This document shows, in pieces, positions 34,121 through 46,739 of a stretch of DNA of 64,000 bases. Below the pieces are notes generated by a model, which saw only the letters and a program-made list of their open reading frames with translations, made no database searches and had not been told where the DNA came from. Both the position numbers and the translations under genes were made by a program. This DNA comes from Chiloscyllium plagiosum (lineage: Eukaryota). The stretch lies in contig NC_057719.1 of the NCBI RefSeq assembly GCF_004010195.1, positions 79,534,503 to 79,598,502 on the forward strand. Reading direction: 5' to 3'. Within the stretch, counting starts at the first letter, position 1, and each line of letters opens with the position of its first letter.

Positions 34121-36368
34121 ATGGGGTCATCTGTTGTGTGACATGAATGCAAGGTCCCAGTTGAGGCCATCCTCGTGGGTACTGAACATGGCTATCAGTC
34201 TCTGCTCGGCAACTCTGTGTTGTTGCCTGTTCCAAAGTCCGCTTTGGAGGATGGTCACCCAAAGATCCAAGGCCGAATGTCCCTGACTGCTGAAGTGTTC
34301 CCCGTTCGAGAGGGAACACCCATCTGGTGATTGTTGTACGGTGTCCATTCATCCATTGTCATAGTGGCTGCTTGGTCTCGCCAATGTGCCTTGCCTGTGG
34401 CGTATGAGATAGACAATGTCGGCCGAGTCACATGAGTATCACTTCACAACTACCTGATGAAGGAGCAGCACTCTAAAAGCTAGTGTTTCCAATTAAACCT
34501 GTTGGACTATAACCTGGTGTTGTGTGATTTTTAACTTTGTACACCCCAGTCCAATCCGGCATCTCCACGTCATCATTGAGGATGCTATGTTCAAGGAACT
34601 ACTTCCTTTTTCAGTTGTTTAATTGTCCACCACCATGTCCAAATAGTCCTGCCCACAACATACTCCTTCTGCTGTTTAACATGATGCATTTTTATAGACT
34701 AGATCTTCACCATAATAAGCACCACATTTTACAGTATTTTGGCACTGCTCCTGATGTGGGCTCCTAGATTTCCCACTGAACCAGAGTTCACCCCTGGCTT
34801 GATGGTAGTGGTAGAGTGAGGGATATGTTGAGGCATGAAGTGAACTGTAATTCTGGTACTGCTGATGGGACACAGAGATGCCCAGCTTTGAGCAGCTAGA
34901 TCTGTTCTGAATTTATCTCAGTTACCTCACCTGAAAAGAGGAGAGAAAGTGAGAGAGAATGGTTTAAGGAGAGAATTTCAATCTCCTTGACATCTGAATG
35001 TAGGGCTGCACATGGACAGATGATCACAATTGGAGATGCCAGATTTAGAGGCTTGTAGGGATCTTGGAGGATAGTAGGACTGGAGCTGATAGTAGGGAGG
35101 GAACAAAGTCTTGTGGGGAGTTTAAAGTTGACGAGTGGGAATCCCTATAGCTCAGGGCCTATCAGTGTGTGTTTAATGAGTGGGCTTTGGTGTGAGGTGG
35201 GATTGCAGAGCTTTGGTTGAGCTGATGTTGATGATGGGTGAGCGGAATGAGAAGTGGTTTAGAGTGAGCCTGTTCAGATTGTGAAGGGGACTTGGTGAAT
35301 GAGCACTCTATCCTGGACGATGGGCGCCACCAACCTATACTCCCAAAAGTGGGTCTCGATGGTGGCACTTTAAAACAGAGCCGGACCAAAGCAGTTTTCA
35401 TTTCTGGATTCATCAGACTTGAAGACTGGCAGCTCCTGTCATAGTGTTCATACAGCTGGCTGAAAGCTCCTGGGCGTACTTTCCCAATTTGTTTCAGCTT
35501 CTCAACAGGAGCGCCCGAGTCAGGGAAAGAGGGCGACTGTGGGAACAACCGAACTTGTGAGACACAGCGAAGATTGCCAAGGCTTCCGGGGATTAAGTGA
35601 TCAGAACCCCGACCCTGGTTGGGTCTTCTCCAGCTGCTGGATCGGATTATCCCATGGTTGTGGGAAGTGCTTACATGCAAGTCCTTCGTTCTTTATGTGG
35701 CGTCCACCCCAGCCTCGGAGCACCAGAATGCAATGGCGTGCATTAGCACTATAGTCCCTGTTGCAATGCAGGGAGAAAAAGATGAAGAAGTTAGAATCAT
35801 TCAGCAAAGCAGGGTCATTTTGGTCCATCCTTCCTGTGGTGGCTCTTTGAATCAACTGTAAAATTACCCCACCGTCCTACCCTTTACCATATTCCCTGTG
35901 AATTTTTATTTTTAAAATGCATCTGATTCTATTCAGCAAGTTAAAATTGAACCCGCTTGCACCACGGTTTTAGGAGCCACATTCTAGATCATAACAACTC
36001 TGCAAATATCTCTCATCTCCCCTCAGGTTCCCTTGACAACTGCCTTAAATTTAGTGGCTGGTGGAGAATTTACTCCCAGTGAGACAATCGCATGCCCTAA
36101 CAATCTGAGAGTCTGATTTATCAAAACAAAGATCTGTTCCGTGAAAGCAAACAACATTAATCAGTGTGAAGCTAGTCCCTAGTGAGTGTGCACTCCAGAT
36201 TGTTGACAACCCCTTGAGGACATGCTACAGCAAATGAGTGTCCCTTTGGAGCACACATTCAATTAGCATTGGGGTGTCGCATGTGAAGCACATGTGGGTG
36301 TCACTAAAAGATGAAAAAAAATTGTTCCAAACTTTCTGTAAAGTTTGGGAGAACGCAAGATTTCTTCT

Positions 36369-36735
36369 CATAGAGTCACAGAGATGTTCAACACAGAAAC
36401 AGACCCTTCCATGCCGACCAGATATCCTAACCTCATCTAGTCCCATTTGCCAGCTCTTGGCCCATATCCCTCTAAACCCTTCCTATTCATATACCCATCC
36501 AGATGCCTTTTAAATGTTGTAATTGTACCAGACTCCACCACTTCCTCTGGCAGCTCATTCCATACACGTACCACCCTCTGCGTGAAAACGTTGCCCCTTA
36601 GGTCCCTTTTAAATCTTTCCCCTCTCACCCTAAGCCTATGCCTTCTAATTCCGGACTCCCCAACCCCAGGGAAAAGACCTTATCTATTTACCTTATTCAT
36701 ACCCCTCATAATTTTATAAACCTCTATCAGGTCAC
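36369..36735 (-). mobile_element. CR1/HER1 3' fragment
   Basis: RGERFKRDLRGNVFTQRVVRVWNELPEEVVESG. Confidence 0.9.
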
Positions 36736-36737
36736 TC

Positions 36738-36972
36738 CGGACCTAAGTGGCAACTTTTCCATGCAGAGGTGATGCGTGTATGGAATGTGCTGCCAGAGGA
36801 AGTGGGGGAGGCTGGTACAATTACAACATTTAAAAGACATCTGATTGGGTATATGAATAGGAAGGGTTTGGAGGGATATGGGCCGGATGCTGGCAAATGG
36901 GACGAGATTTGGTTGGCATGGACGAGTTGGACTGAAGGGTCTGTTTCCATGCCGTACTTCTCAATGACTCTA
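36738..36972 (+). mobile_element. CR1/HER1 3' fragment, head-to-head with the previous copy
   Basis: MRVWNVLPEEVGEAGTITTFKRHL plus tail. Confidence 0.9.
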
Positions 36973-37142
36973 TGTTACCTCTTGATGCTGTGTGGGCTGT
37001 TCTCCAAAGCTAATTCCAATGTATGAATCCAGATTGTGGAGGTAAAGCCTCTGAATACAGGCAAGGGGACCTGAAAGCATGGTCACCCCTTGCCTGGTGA
37101 ACAGAATGCAAGCAGCAAGTCAATTTGAGTTGAATCATTTCA

Positions 37143-37420
37143 TGGTGGCACAGTGGTGAGCATTGCTGCCTCACAACGCCAGAGACCCAGCTTTAGTTTC
37201 AGCCTTGGGTGACTGTCTGTGTGGAGTTCACACACTCTCCCCTTGTCTGCGGGGGTTTCCTCCGGGTGCTCTGGTTTCCTCCACGGTCCAAAGATGTGCA
37301 GGTGAGGTAAATTGCCCATAGTATACAGGCGAGATGGAGGGATAGGCAGGGGTGCTCTTCGGAGGGTCGGTGTCAACATGATGGACCGAATGGGCTGATT
37401 CTGCACTATAGCAACTCTCT
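37143..37420 (+). mobile_element. HE1-type SINE
   Basis: ggtggcacagtggtgagcattgctgcctcaca head and central domain. Confidence 0.85.
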
Positions 37421-38479
37421 ATTCATTTGAATGACTCCTCCATGTCATCCATTGGCTGCATTCATCAGTCTGGAGTTAAGGGTAAATTATACCTCTACTC
37501 TAGGCATAGCTACTGAACATGTGTATAAGGAGCTATGTCATAGGGGTGACTGATCACATGGAACAGGGTGCTTAATCTGTTGGATACTACATCCCATCTA
37601 TGTCGCTATGTTGAATAAAAAGCTTCTAATATCCACTCACAAAACCTAGACCCGAGCATACTGCAATCCCTAGGATGTTGGGGGGGGGGGGGGGGGGGGG
37701 GGGAGCTAAAATGTGTGAGCATTAAAGAAAACTGGTCTGTGCTGCTTGGATCTGCCCTGTGCATTTTAAAAGCACAACTATACAAGGAGTGAATCTGACT
37801 GGGAAGGATTGGTTAGTGTCATCACTTGGGAGAGAACAGTGGACTGCTGGAGTTTTGGGCATTCCCCCAGGTGCCTTGGTGAAGAAGGTAGAAATTGGGT
37901 GAGATGCTGGTACCACAGAGGCCCTCCATCTGCACACATGTTGTGAAGGCAGTGGGAGCAGGTAGCCAGGGAGATAGTGCCACAAGAGCTTCAATGACCA
38001 TGCTTTTAGTCGCCTGTCATCATGGCCATGGACGGAGCTCAGCGCCACATGGTAACACTGGTAACACTGTTGAAAAGAGACTTGGCATGTTTAATGCACT
38101 GAAGCCAAAAGCGAGTGGTTGCTCTTTGCTGGGCAATTGGCTGGTGTTGCCCATCCCTGCTCCAATCTGGAATGAGAGGTCATCGCTTTAGGCTAGGGGG
38201 CAGCAGGTTTAAAACAGAGATGAGGAGAAATTGCTTCTCTCAAAGGGTTTCAAAATCTGTACAATTCACTACCCCTGAGTGGGATGAATGCTGGGACATT
38301 GAGTTAAGTGATAGACTTTTTAAAGCAGTGATGGGTTGAAGAATTATGGACAGTGGGCAGGAGAGTGAGTTGAGGCCAAGATGAGATCAGCCATGATGGT
38401 ATTAAATGATGATATTAGAAGCTTTTTATTCAACAGGCTCAAGGGGCTGAATTGCCTATCCATTCTCTGAGCTATTATT

Positions 38480-38725
38480 GTAGAATCCCTACAGTGTGAA
38501 AGCAGGCCATTCAGAGTGCGTTCTACCCAGACCCACCCCCTGTAGCTCTGCATTTCCCATGGCCAATCTACCTAACCTGCACATCTTTGTACTGCGGGAG
38601 AAATCCCATACAGGTGGAAGGAGAACGTGCAAACTCCACACAGATAGTTGCCTGAGGCTGGAATCGAACCCAAATCCCTGACGCTGTGAAGCTAACAGTG
38701 CAAACCACTGAGCCACCATGCCACC
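38480..38725 (-). mobile_element. HE1-type SINE
   Basis: Reverse complement of the HE1 head (ggcatggtggctcagtgg..ggttcgattcc) and body. Confidence 0.85.
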
Positions 38726-39081
38726 CCCTCCCATTACAAGCCTTCCCCGCCAGATTATTAATTCTACCAGGAGGCCATTTCAAGCAGACATTTCAAACAA
38801 TATAGATGGGAAGGTGAAGTCTGAAGAGTGTTTACTATTCAAATCCACATTAACAAGCAACATGAGGGTGCAAGCAAGGAATACAAAATGGATAGAAGGT
38901 TCTGCAGCATGTTGAAACTTGAAGTCAACCTTCTACAACTGTCCACCCTATCAATGCACCTGCCCCCACCCACCCCCAGTCCTCCCCCCAACCCCATCTC
39001 CTCTCTCCCCTCCCCCACAGAAATACCCCGAGTGATCCAGACTCGAGTGAGATCAAGCCACCTGGATGTGGTGTGGGTCCA

Positions 39082-39095
39082 GTTGCCATGGTGAC
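39082..39095. promoter_or_regulatory. RFX X-box-like motif
   Basis: GTTGCCATGGTGAC in CpG-retaining non-repeat sequence. Motif match only. Confidence 0.3.
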
Positions 39096-40744
39096 ACCGA
39101 CCCCGGCAAGTGCTGCTGTGTGGTTTGAAGACCGTGACACACTGGGATTGTTGAAGTGAAAATCTGGTACAGTTAGAATTCTGCTGCATCTATCAAACAT
39201 AATTCGCCCTCACACCTCCGAGTGTGTTTCAAGTCTCATTCCGTCAACTGAGAACCAAGTCTGGGAGGGTGGGGGGAACGCTTCCAGTGGAATTCTGATG
39301 CCTAGCATCACCAGTGTGGGTTTAGAGTTGGGTATGGTGGTAGTATTTCATCAGGCCAGAGGGTGCTGCATGGGGACCTAAATCTCCTTCTAAAACCCTG
39401 TGGAGCTCATTGTCATGGAGGGATGTGGAAGCCAAGTGGGATTCAGTGTGTTTAAGACAGAGATAGATAAGTCTTTGATCTGTAAGGGGATCAAGGGAAA
39501 CAGGGAGAAGGCAGCGGAATGGGGTTGAGAAGCCTATCAGCTATGATTGAATGGCGTAGTAGACCCAATGAGCTGTATGGCCTAATATGGCTCCTAATAT
39601 CTTATTTATGGTCTCCCCCTGTGCATCCACCCCAATAAAGTCCAAGGATGGTGTGCACCTCAATGGCCTTCCCACTCCCCCAAGCCAATTGAGGTCCTTA
39701 ATTATGTGATTAATGGCCACTTCTGCTCCCGTCTCCTGACCAATATTTATCCCTCAACCAACTTCACTAAAACGCACATGGGCCGGTGCTGTTTGTTGGA
39801 ACTTGCTGTGCACATGTACAGTTTGCTGCCACATTTCCAATGTTCAAACAGTGAACGTACTTCGAAAGTGCTTAAGGAGCTTTAAGGCATTTTTGATGTC
39901 CCCAGCTTGTGAAAGTTGCCTCATAAATGCAAGTTCTTCTCGTTCTTTTGAAATTGGGCCCAATGAGGGGTGAGTTAGCACCGTCTTAAATTTATCAGGA
40001 ACAGAACTTCTTTTTCCAGCACATTTCATGTTGATGTGCTTCACAAATCGGTAAAGAAAAGGATGTCGAGTCAAAGGATGAGTTTCCTAACTTGTTTGAT
40101 GAAGAGATTGCTTTAAAAGAGAGTCTTAAAGGCTAAAGAAGAAAGTGGAAGGGTTGAAGAAGAGGAACGTCAAAGCTCATAGGCCTGGCCACCACTGAAA
40201 TACAGGAGAGCACAGGATGCCAGAGATGGATTCCAAAGAGGAATGACTGGACATTCTTGGATAAAGTGATGGGCTATTAGATGATCTATGGAGAGATGGG
40301 GACAGTCTAAGAGATTGAGGGTGGGAGTTGCAGATGGAAATGAAGATTCTGACACAAAGCCAGTCGGGGATAAATAAACATTGCAATTGAGGGACCAGAG
40401 AATTTGGAAACAAGTACAGGATTTGAAGGTTTGATGTATTAAACCATGGAGTCTATTAACGCGGGCAGTCTGATTCAAACATCAGGAGAAAGTCATCTCA
40501 ACACCAATGGAGTTTGAATCTTAAATAATTCTAAAATGCTTCAAAAGGATTTATACCTCTATTCTTCAAGCTGAGGATCAAGACCTTCCCTCAAACTCTA
40601 GTAATCAACTTAAGAGTAAAGAAATCACAGCAGAATTACAATCCTGTCGGTTTCTGTAAAGTCCATTGAAATCCATCCAAACTGATTGGTTTTCATTGTT
40701 TCTGCACCCATTTTTAATGGGTGGTTTGGTTGGTCAGTAGTTTA

Positions 40745-41780
40745 GCATGTCCACCTTTTTCGCAAGCAACAATCACCCACCTCCCACCACCACCCACTCC
40801 ATTACAGAACTCTCAACTCTGATATTCTCACCCATTCCTCTCCCTCCCAGAACTATGATGGAGTTCGCACTTTTCACCCAACCAGCCTCCATGTTCAAAG
40901 GTTCGTCCTCTGTTATTTCTGTCTCTTTGACAAGGAGCACCACCAAGAAACACATCGCACCCTCCACGCTCCTGTCAGCATTCCAAAGGAACTGTTCTGT
41001 CCGTGTGACACCCTGATTCCACTACTCTATCAACCTCACACCTTGTTTCCCTCCCCCATCCACCTTCCAATGTAATGGCAGGGTGTGTCACACACGCCTT
41101 TTGTACTATACGAGGACCCAGATACTTCTTTCAGGTGAAGCAGAAATGTGTTTGTGCATCTTTCAATTCAATAATCTATCATTACTGCCCACAATGATAT
41201 CCTCTCTACTCCGGGGAGCCCAAATGCAGACTGGGAGACCACTTAATGAAACGCCTCCACTCCATCTGCACGCAGGAGCCTGAGTTTCTGGTCACTTCTC
41301 TGTTTATTAAATTCACCACTTTTCTCTCACACTCATAATTCTGATCTTGGCCTGCTGCACTGTTCCAGCAGGAGCTGAAAAAACAGCACCTCATCTTCAG
41401 ATTAGACACTTCACAGCCGTCTCTCAACATTGAATTCAACAACTTCCAACCATGAACTTTGCCCTCTGCTTTAATTGTGTTTTTATTTCGGCAAGTTACA
41501 GCCTGCATCTTGTTGAAGTGATTTTGCTCTCAGGCCAAGATGTTCATTATGCTGCTATTAACACTCACTGCGTAGCGATGTTTTGTTTCTTCACTATAAC
41601 TGTTACTGCTCCCTTGCTTTCACTCCCTGACATCTTACTTATTTAATCTCTTCCACCTCCGAACCAGCACTGCCTTCCCTTTTGTTTTACCTACCTACTT
41701 CTCCCACTTCCAACAGCATTAGAAACTACTTTTGCCTCTGCTCAGTTCCAAAGATAAGTCAGTTTCAACTTGAAAGAGAG
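40745..41780 (+). mobile_element. Old Penelope-like element (GIY-YIG remnant plus 3' UTR)
   Basis: LLYSGEPKCRLGDHL (decayed YIGET) and ELKKQHLIFRLDTSQP..LNIEFNNF. It ends in a decayed hammerhead-like ttccaaaga..gtc..acttgaaa. Confidence 0.7.
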
Positions 41781-41789
41781 CTGTTGGGA

Positions 41790-42272
41790 ATCTTGAAAGC
41801 GTTCAGATAAGATTTACAAGGGTTGGCGGGTTTGAACTTTAGAAGAGGGGCTGAATAGGCTGTGTCTATTTTCCTGGATCGTCAGAGGCTGAGGGGTGAG
41901 CTTATCGAGGTTTATAAAATCATGAGGGGTATGGAAAGGGTGAATAGACAAAATCTTTTCCTTGGGGTGGGGGTGTCCAAAACTAGAGGCCATCGGTTTA
42001 AGGTGAGAGAGGAAAGATTTAGAAGGGATCTAAGGGGCAACTTTTTCATGCAGAGGGTGATGTGTGTATGGAACGAGCTGCCAGAGGATGTGGTGGAGGC
42101 TGGTACAATTACAACACTTAAAAGGCATCTAGATGAGTATATGAATAGGAAGGGTTTCAAGGGTTTAGACCAATTGCTGGCAAATAGGGCTAGGTTAGGA
42201 TAGAATATCTGGTTGGCATGGACGAGTTGGACTGAGGGGTCTGTTTCTGTGCTGTACATCTCTATGACTCTG
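41790..42272 (+). mobile_element. CR1/HER1 3' fragment
   Basis: LDRQRLRGELIEVYKIMRG..WNELPEDVVEAG. Confidence 0.9.
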
Positions 42273-42686
42273 AGAGTGTAATGGAGACTGACACCAGAAT
42301 GGCAGGAAAATCCTATGGGGAAAGATTCATTTAATTGGGCCTGTCCTCACTGGAGTTTGGAAGGATGAGAGGGAGGCCTGATTGAAATGCATTAAATTCT
42401 AACAGGGGTGTTGGAGGGAGGATGCTTTCCCTGGATGCGGAGTAGAACCATTTTAGGGTATGAGGTAGACCATTTAGGCCTGAGATTAGAGAAGTCGCCT
42501 TTTTGAATTCTTTTTCCACAGAAGGATGTGGAGACCACGCCACTGAATATAGTCAAGAGAGCATTAGATAATTTTTCAGATTTTAAGGGCATCACGGGGT
42601 GTGGAGAGAAAGCAGGTGCATGGCATTGAGAGCCCGAATCGACGGCGATCATACTGAATGATGGAGCAGGCTAAAACAACTGAATA

Positions 42687-42795
42687 GGCGAAAGTGAAGA
42701 CTGCAGATGCTAAAGATTAGAGTCGAGATTAGAGTGGTGCTGGAAAAGCTCAGCAGGTCAGGCAGCATCTGAGGAGCAGGGTAGGGCAGGAATAG
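42687..42795 (-). mobile_element. Penelope-like terminal repeat, family A, core deleted
   Basis: ggcgaaagtgaagactgcagatgct..gctggaaaagctcagcaggtcaggcagcatc, flanked by a repeated actgaatag. Confidence 0.75.
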
Positions 42796-43012
42796 ACTGA
42801 ATAGCCTATTCCTGCTACAGGTGTTTAGGCTCCACAGCTGCTGTCAGACCTGCTGAGGACTTCCAGCACTTTTTACTTCGAGATGTCAGTCAGACATTGT
42901 GTCTTTCAACTCTCACTTCAGGACAGCAGTCCCTCGAATTTTCCTACTGGCTGCACCTGTCTGTCAGGCCCATGTGCAGCAATGACCTCTGGAAGTGGCA
43001 GTCAATACTGTG

Positions 43013-43026
43013 GTTGCCATGCCAAC
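43013..43026. promoter_or_regulatory. RFX X-box-like motif
   Basis: GTTGCCATGCCAAC, one mismatch from the GTTGCCATGGCAAC palindrome. Motif match only. Confidence 0.25.
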
Positions 43027-45939
43027 ACCAATCACCATGCGCAGACTATTGGAGGGGCTGTGCTCTCATAGCTTTGAGGCAACGTTGCTTCAGTGGTCAT
43101 GTTGGCTGCCAAATTTCCTACACTTCAGAAACCACTTCACCGGCTGTATAAACACTTTGGGGCTTTGAGTGGGGAACTCTGTTAATCACAAAATACAAGT
43201 CGCTGCTCACTCTCTTGCGGGACATTGTTGAACCATGTGGCTTTTAATAACAAGATGGCACATGGGGTGGACACAGTTTCACAGCTGGCAATGGAATGAG
43301 GTTGACCCACAGCCACCCTGGTTCTAGCACCAAGCTGAAGAAATTGGCTTTCCACCACCGACTTCAAGGCAATTTGGGGCAGTTTATGAAAGCTTCCCTT
43401 GCTGCCAGAGCTCACATCCCAGGACTGAGCATTAAAAACAAGATACCTATTAAAAACCTACCGCTTTAACTAACATTTCAATTGCCTGTCCTGCTTTGAG
43501 ATGGAAATTTAAATCACAGAAGATGAGCAAAGACAGGATTCTGAGGCTGGGGGAGGCTGGTAGAGATAGCTTGGTGATTTAATAGTAAGTGTGTGGGTGG
43601 TTAGAAAAAGGATTTTAAATGAAAGGTGAGAGGGGTGATATAAAATGACATGCTCAAAGGACCAGAGAAGTAGACATGCCAGGTAGGGAAGTTTGTGGAG
43701 GAGCAGGACAACTTGACAGCAACTTCCTGATTTCCACATTTAACCATTACTGCCCCATTTACTCCATTGCAATGATAAGTGCTGAGAGCCTCTCCATTGT
43801 GACTAATGCAAGATCTGGGCTGGAGCGCACAGAGAGATGTGAAATGGTTTGGATTAGTTCTTGTCTGCGAGCCATAATTTATGACACATGGAAAATCGGC
43901 AGGGTTGGTGTGTCCTTATCGAAAGCCCTGTCAGTGGATTTATTTTACAGTAACAGCGTGGCTTGTGGGTGTACATAGCAAACAAACACTTTTCCAGTCA
44001 TTCCCTAGAGTGTGAAATCTCAAGAGAATCAGATCCCAGCCTTGGAAGTTCTAGTGCAAGACTGGTAGTTTTCACCACAAACTAAAAGGGAATGATATGC
44101 GTTCATGAACACCTTATGCTGGAGGTGAAGGATTTAGGTTTTGCTCCATGCTTGAAAGGCTTGATGCTAGACCATGCCTTACAAATTGTCGTCTCTCAGT
44201 CTTTCTCATTCCCCCGTTAGATATGCTAAACAGCCATTAGCATTGAACTGTCCCCAACCCAACAACTTTCTCAAAAAACTCTTGAGAGTTCATAGGAAAC
44301 AGCTGTCTGGCTGTTCACATTGAAACAGTGTCTGACTCCACTGGGGAGACAGCTCATTCAGGCCACTTGTGGTTGACAAGATCTAGTCACTTTCTCCTAA
44401 CTCACTTGCTAAAGTGGAATGTTAATCCTTCATGGGTAGAACACTATAGCACGTTGTGGCCATTACATTAGACAGTACTGGTAGCATTGACATTGGTGGA
44501 TAAGCAGTTGGTTTCAAGAATCTTGGCTTCGCAAGTTGACTGAAATTCTTTTTGATCTGGTTCCCTTCAATATTGACTGGTTGACAGCACTCAGAGTGAA
44601 AGAGTGTATACCTTTTCTTTACATGTAGCTCATGAGTGCTAATGGCTGTTCTCAAACAGTGACTTTCACAGTTTACCAATCCACACACAAGTACCTCAGG
44701 CCACTAACACACCCAGAACAGAGATGACAGTCAATTTATAACCCATTCTTTCAATACTCCTGGAAGATCAACGCACAACTTTCTGCAGGAGATGGCCTTT
44801 TGCTAATGGATGAAGTTGATGAGGAGTCATTATCTCTTCCCTTTCGATCTTTCTGCTTGAAGTTTCCCAGACTCTGTGGAGAGATGACATTCTATGAATC
44901 CCCCCAGGACTCTGTGCGATGGTCACAATTTGACTGCATTGATCGTCTTTTAAAGAAGCACATGTTGAGATTACAAATTTGAGATGTCAATAAGTATTTC
45001 TAGTTCTCATCTGTCACCATGACAAAATGAAATTCTTCACTCAGAAAGTGGTGAATGTTTGGAGTTTTCTAGGCCAGAGGGGTATGGAAGGTCAGTCATT
45101 AAGCAAGTTAAAGACCAAGATTGAAGGGCTTGAAGTAAAAATCAGTGGCTATAGGAACAATGCATGGACATTGCATTGAGGTAGATGATTGGCCTTGTTC
45201 TAGAATGGTGGTGCCAGCTCACGGAGCTGAATGGCCTACATCTGTTCATATGTATCTATGCTTCTGGAATTGTTAGGCCAAAGTAAGCTATTTCTCTATA
45301 TCTATCTCCTCAAACCCTATTAAGTGACTTTGATTGATGCAACTCTGTGAGTTAACAAAGGATTCTTTGATAAAGAGCATGCAAACAGAGCCATTAGATT
45401 GCTGATCAAAGGACTCCACTGACTGCTATAACATTGGAGTTGCCAAAGTGGATTGTGAAGTCTTTTGTAAACTTGGCTGTGTCCAGTTTAGCGAATTGTA
45501 ACACTTCTAAATTCCTTCTTACTTGCTCAGTTCCAACAAATTCAATTTGGGGAAGGCGGGGAGTTGTAGGATTTGAACTTTGAGTGCTTTATTCATGCAG
45601 TTGGTCTGTGTCTTCACATCTACAACATGTCACCATTAATATCCTTCAGCATTGCTGGCCTCTGGAATGAAGGAGACATGCTCCCTGATTTTTCTCTTAT
45701 CTGTATGTTATAAACTTAGGCACTGATTGTCAGGTGATGCAGAATTCTTTGTCCTTTGGATTTGGAGTTTAATGTCACATGCTCATATTAAAGTTCCTTC
45801 ATCGCCTCATATCTCTCTGGCTTAATAAATTTCTCCAACTTTAAAACTCTCCAGGACCTTTGCATTCCTCTGTATATCCCCAACTTCCTTTGCTCCTCCA
45901 TTACATAAGCTCTGGGAATCCCCCTACCGATTTATTTTT

Positions 45940-46225
45940 TAGATTAGATTGGATTCCCTACAGTGTGGAAACAGGCCATTTGGCCTATCAGGTGCACACC
46001 GACCCTCCAAAGAATAACCCACCCAGACCCATTCCCCTACCCTATATTGACCCCTGACAAATGCACCATGGGCAATTTACCATGGCCAACCCACCTGACC
46101 TGCACATCTTTGGACTGTGGGAGGAAACCAGAGCACCTGGAGGAAACCCACGCAGACATGGGGAGAACGTGCAAACTCCACACAGTCACCCGAATCGAAC
46201 TGGGTCCCTGGTGCTGCGAGGCTGC
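45940..46225 (-). mobile_element. HE1-type SINE
   Basis: (agatt)n tail and reverse-complement HE1 body. Confidence 0.85.
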
Positions 46226-46739
46226 TTCTCAACTCCCTTGTCTCCTCAAGGACACCTCTTGAAGTATACTTCCTCGACCATACTTTTGATGATTTGTAAT
46301 AGCTTTTCCTTGTTTTAGCACTGCCTGTTTGTTACCACGTTGGAGATGGCATAATGAACACCTTCGATTTGGAAGCAAAATGTTTGGATGCGTTGTAAAT
46401 CCTTTAAAAGGTTTGCGGTATCTGTGATGTTTGAAAGGGACCTTTTTTGAGATTGTGTGAATTGCAAAAGGATCGATTATAATTTTCTAACATTGGTCTA
46501 AGTTACTGGGGGAAACCTCAGCCTGGAAGGACTACCAACAGGAAGAAAGTTTAGAAAGAAGCCACTTGGCCAGACATGAATGAAAGTTGTGGTCACAAGG
46601 AGAGCCAGTGGAAGTGAAGGGTTAAAATTCTAATGCCAACATAAGGAGAAAGCATCAGAAATAGAAAGAGTAACACATCAAATACTTGAAACAGAAAGAG
46701 CAAATCACTCTCAGAAGTCAGTTTTTCTACTTGACATAA

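Larger units (their letters stand above)
33415..34573 (-). mobile_element. Penelope-like element, family C, 5'-truncated, with inverted terminal repeats
   Basis: GIY-YIG remnant MNGHRTTI../GEHFSSQGHSALDL..RVAEQRLIAMFSTHEDGLNWD (34130-34440) and a microsatellite-rich UTR. Inverted repeats at 33415-33502 and 34445-34538. Direct repeat CATTGAGGAT at 33405-33414 and 34574-34583. Confidence 0.85.

Noticed and set aside
35162..35680. 172-aa minus-strand ORF
   Set aside because: No recognisable domain, and its 3' part runs into L2-like remnant sequence.
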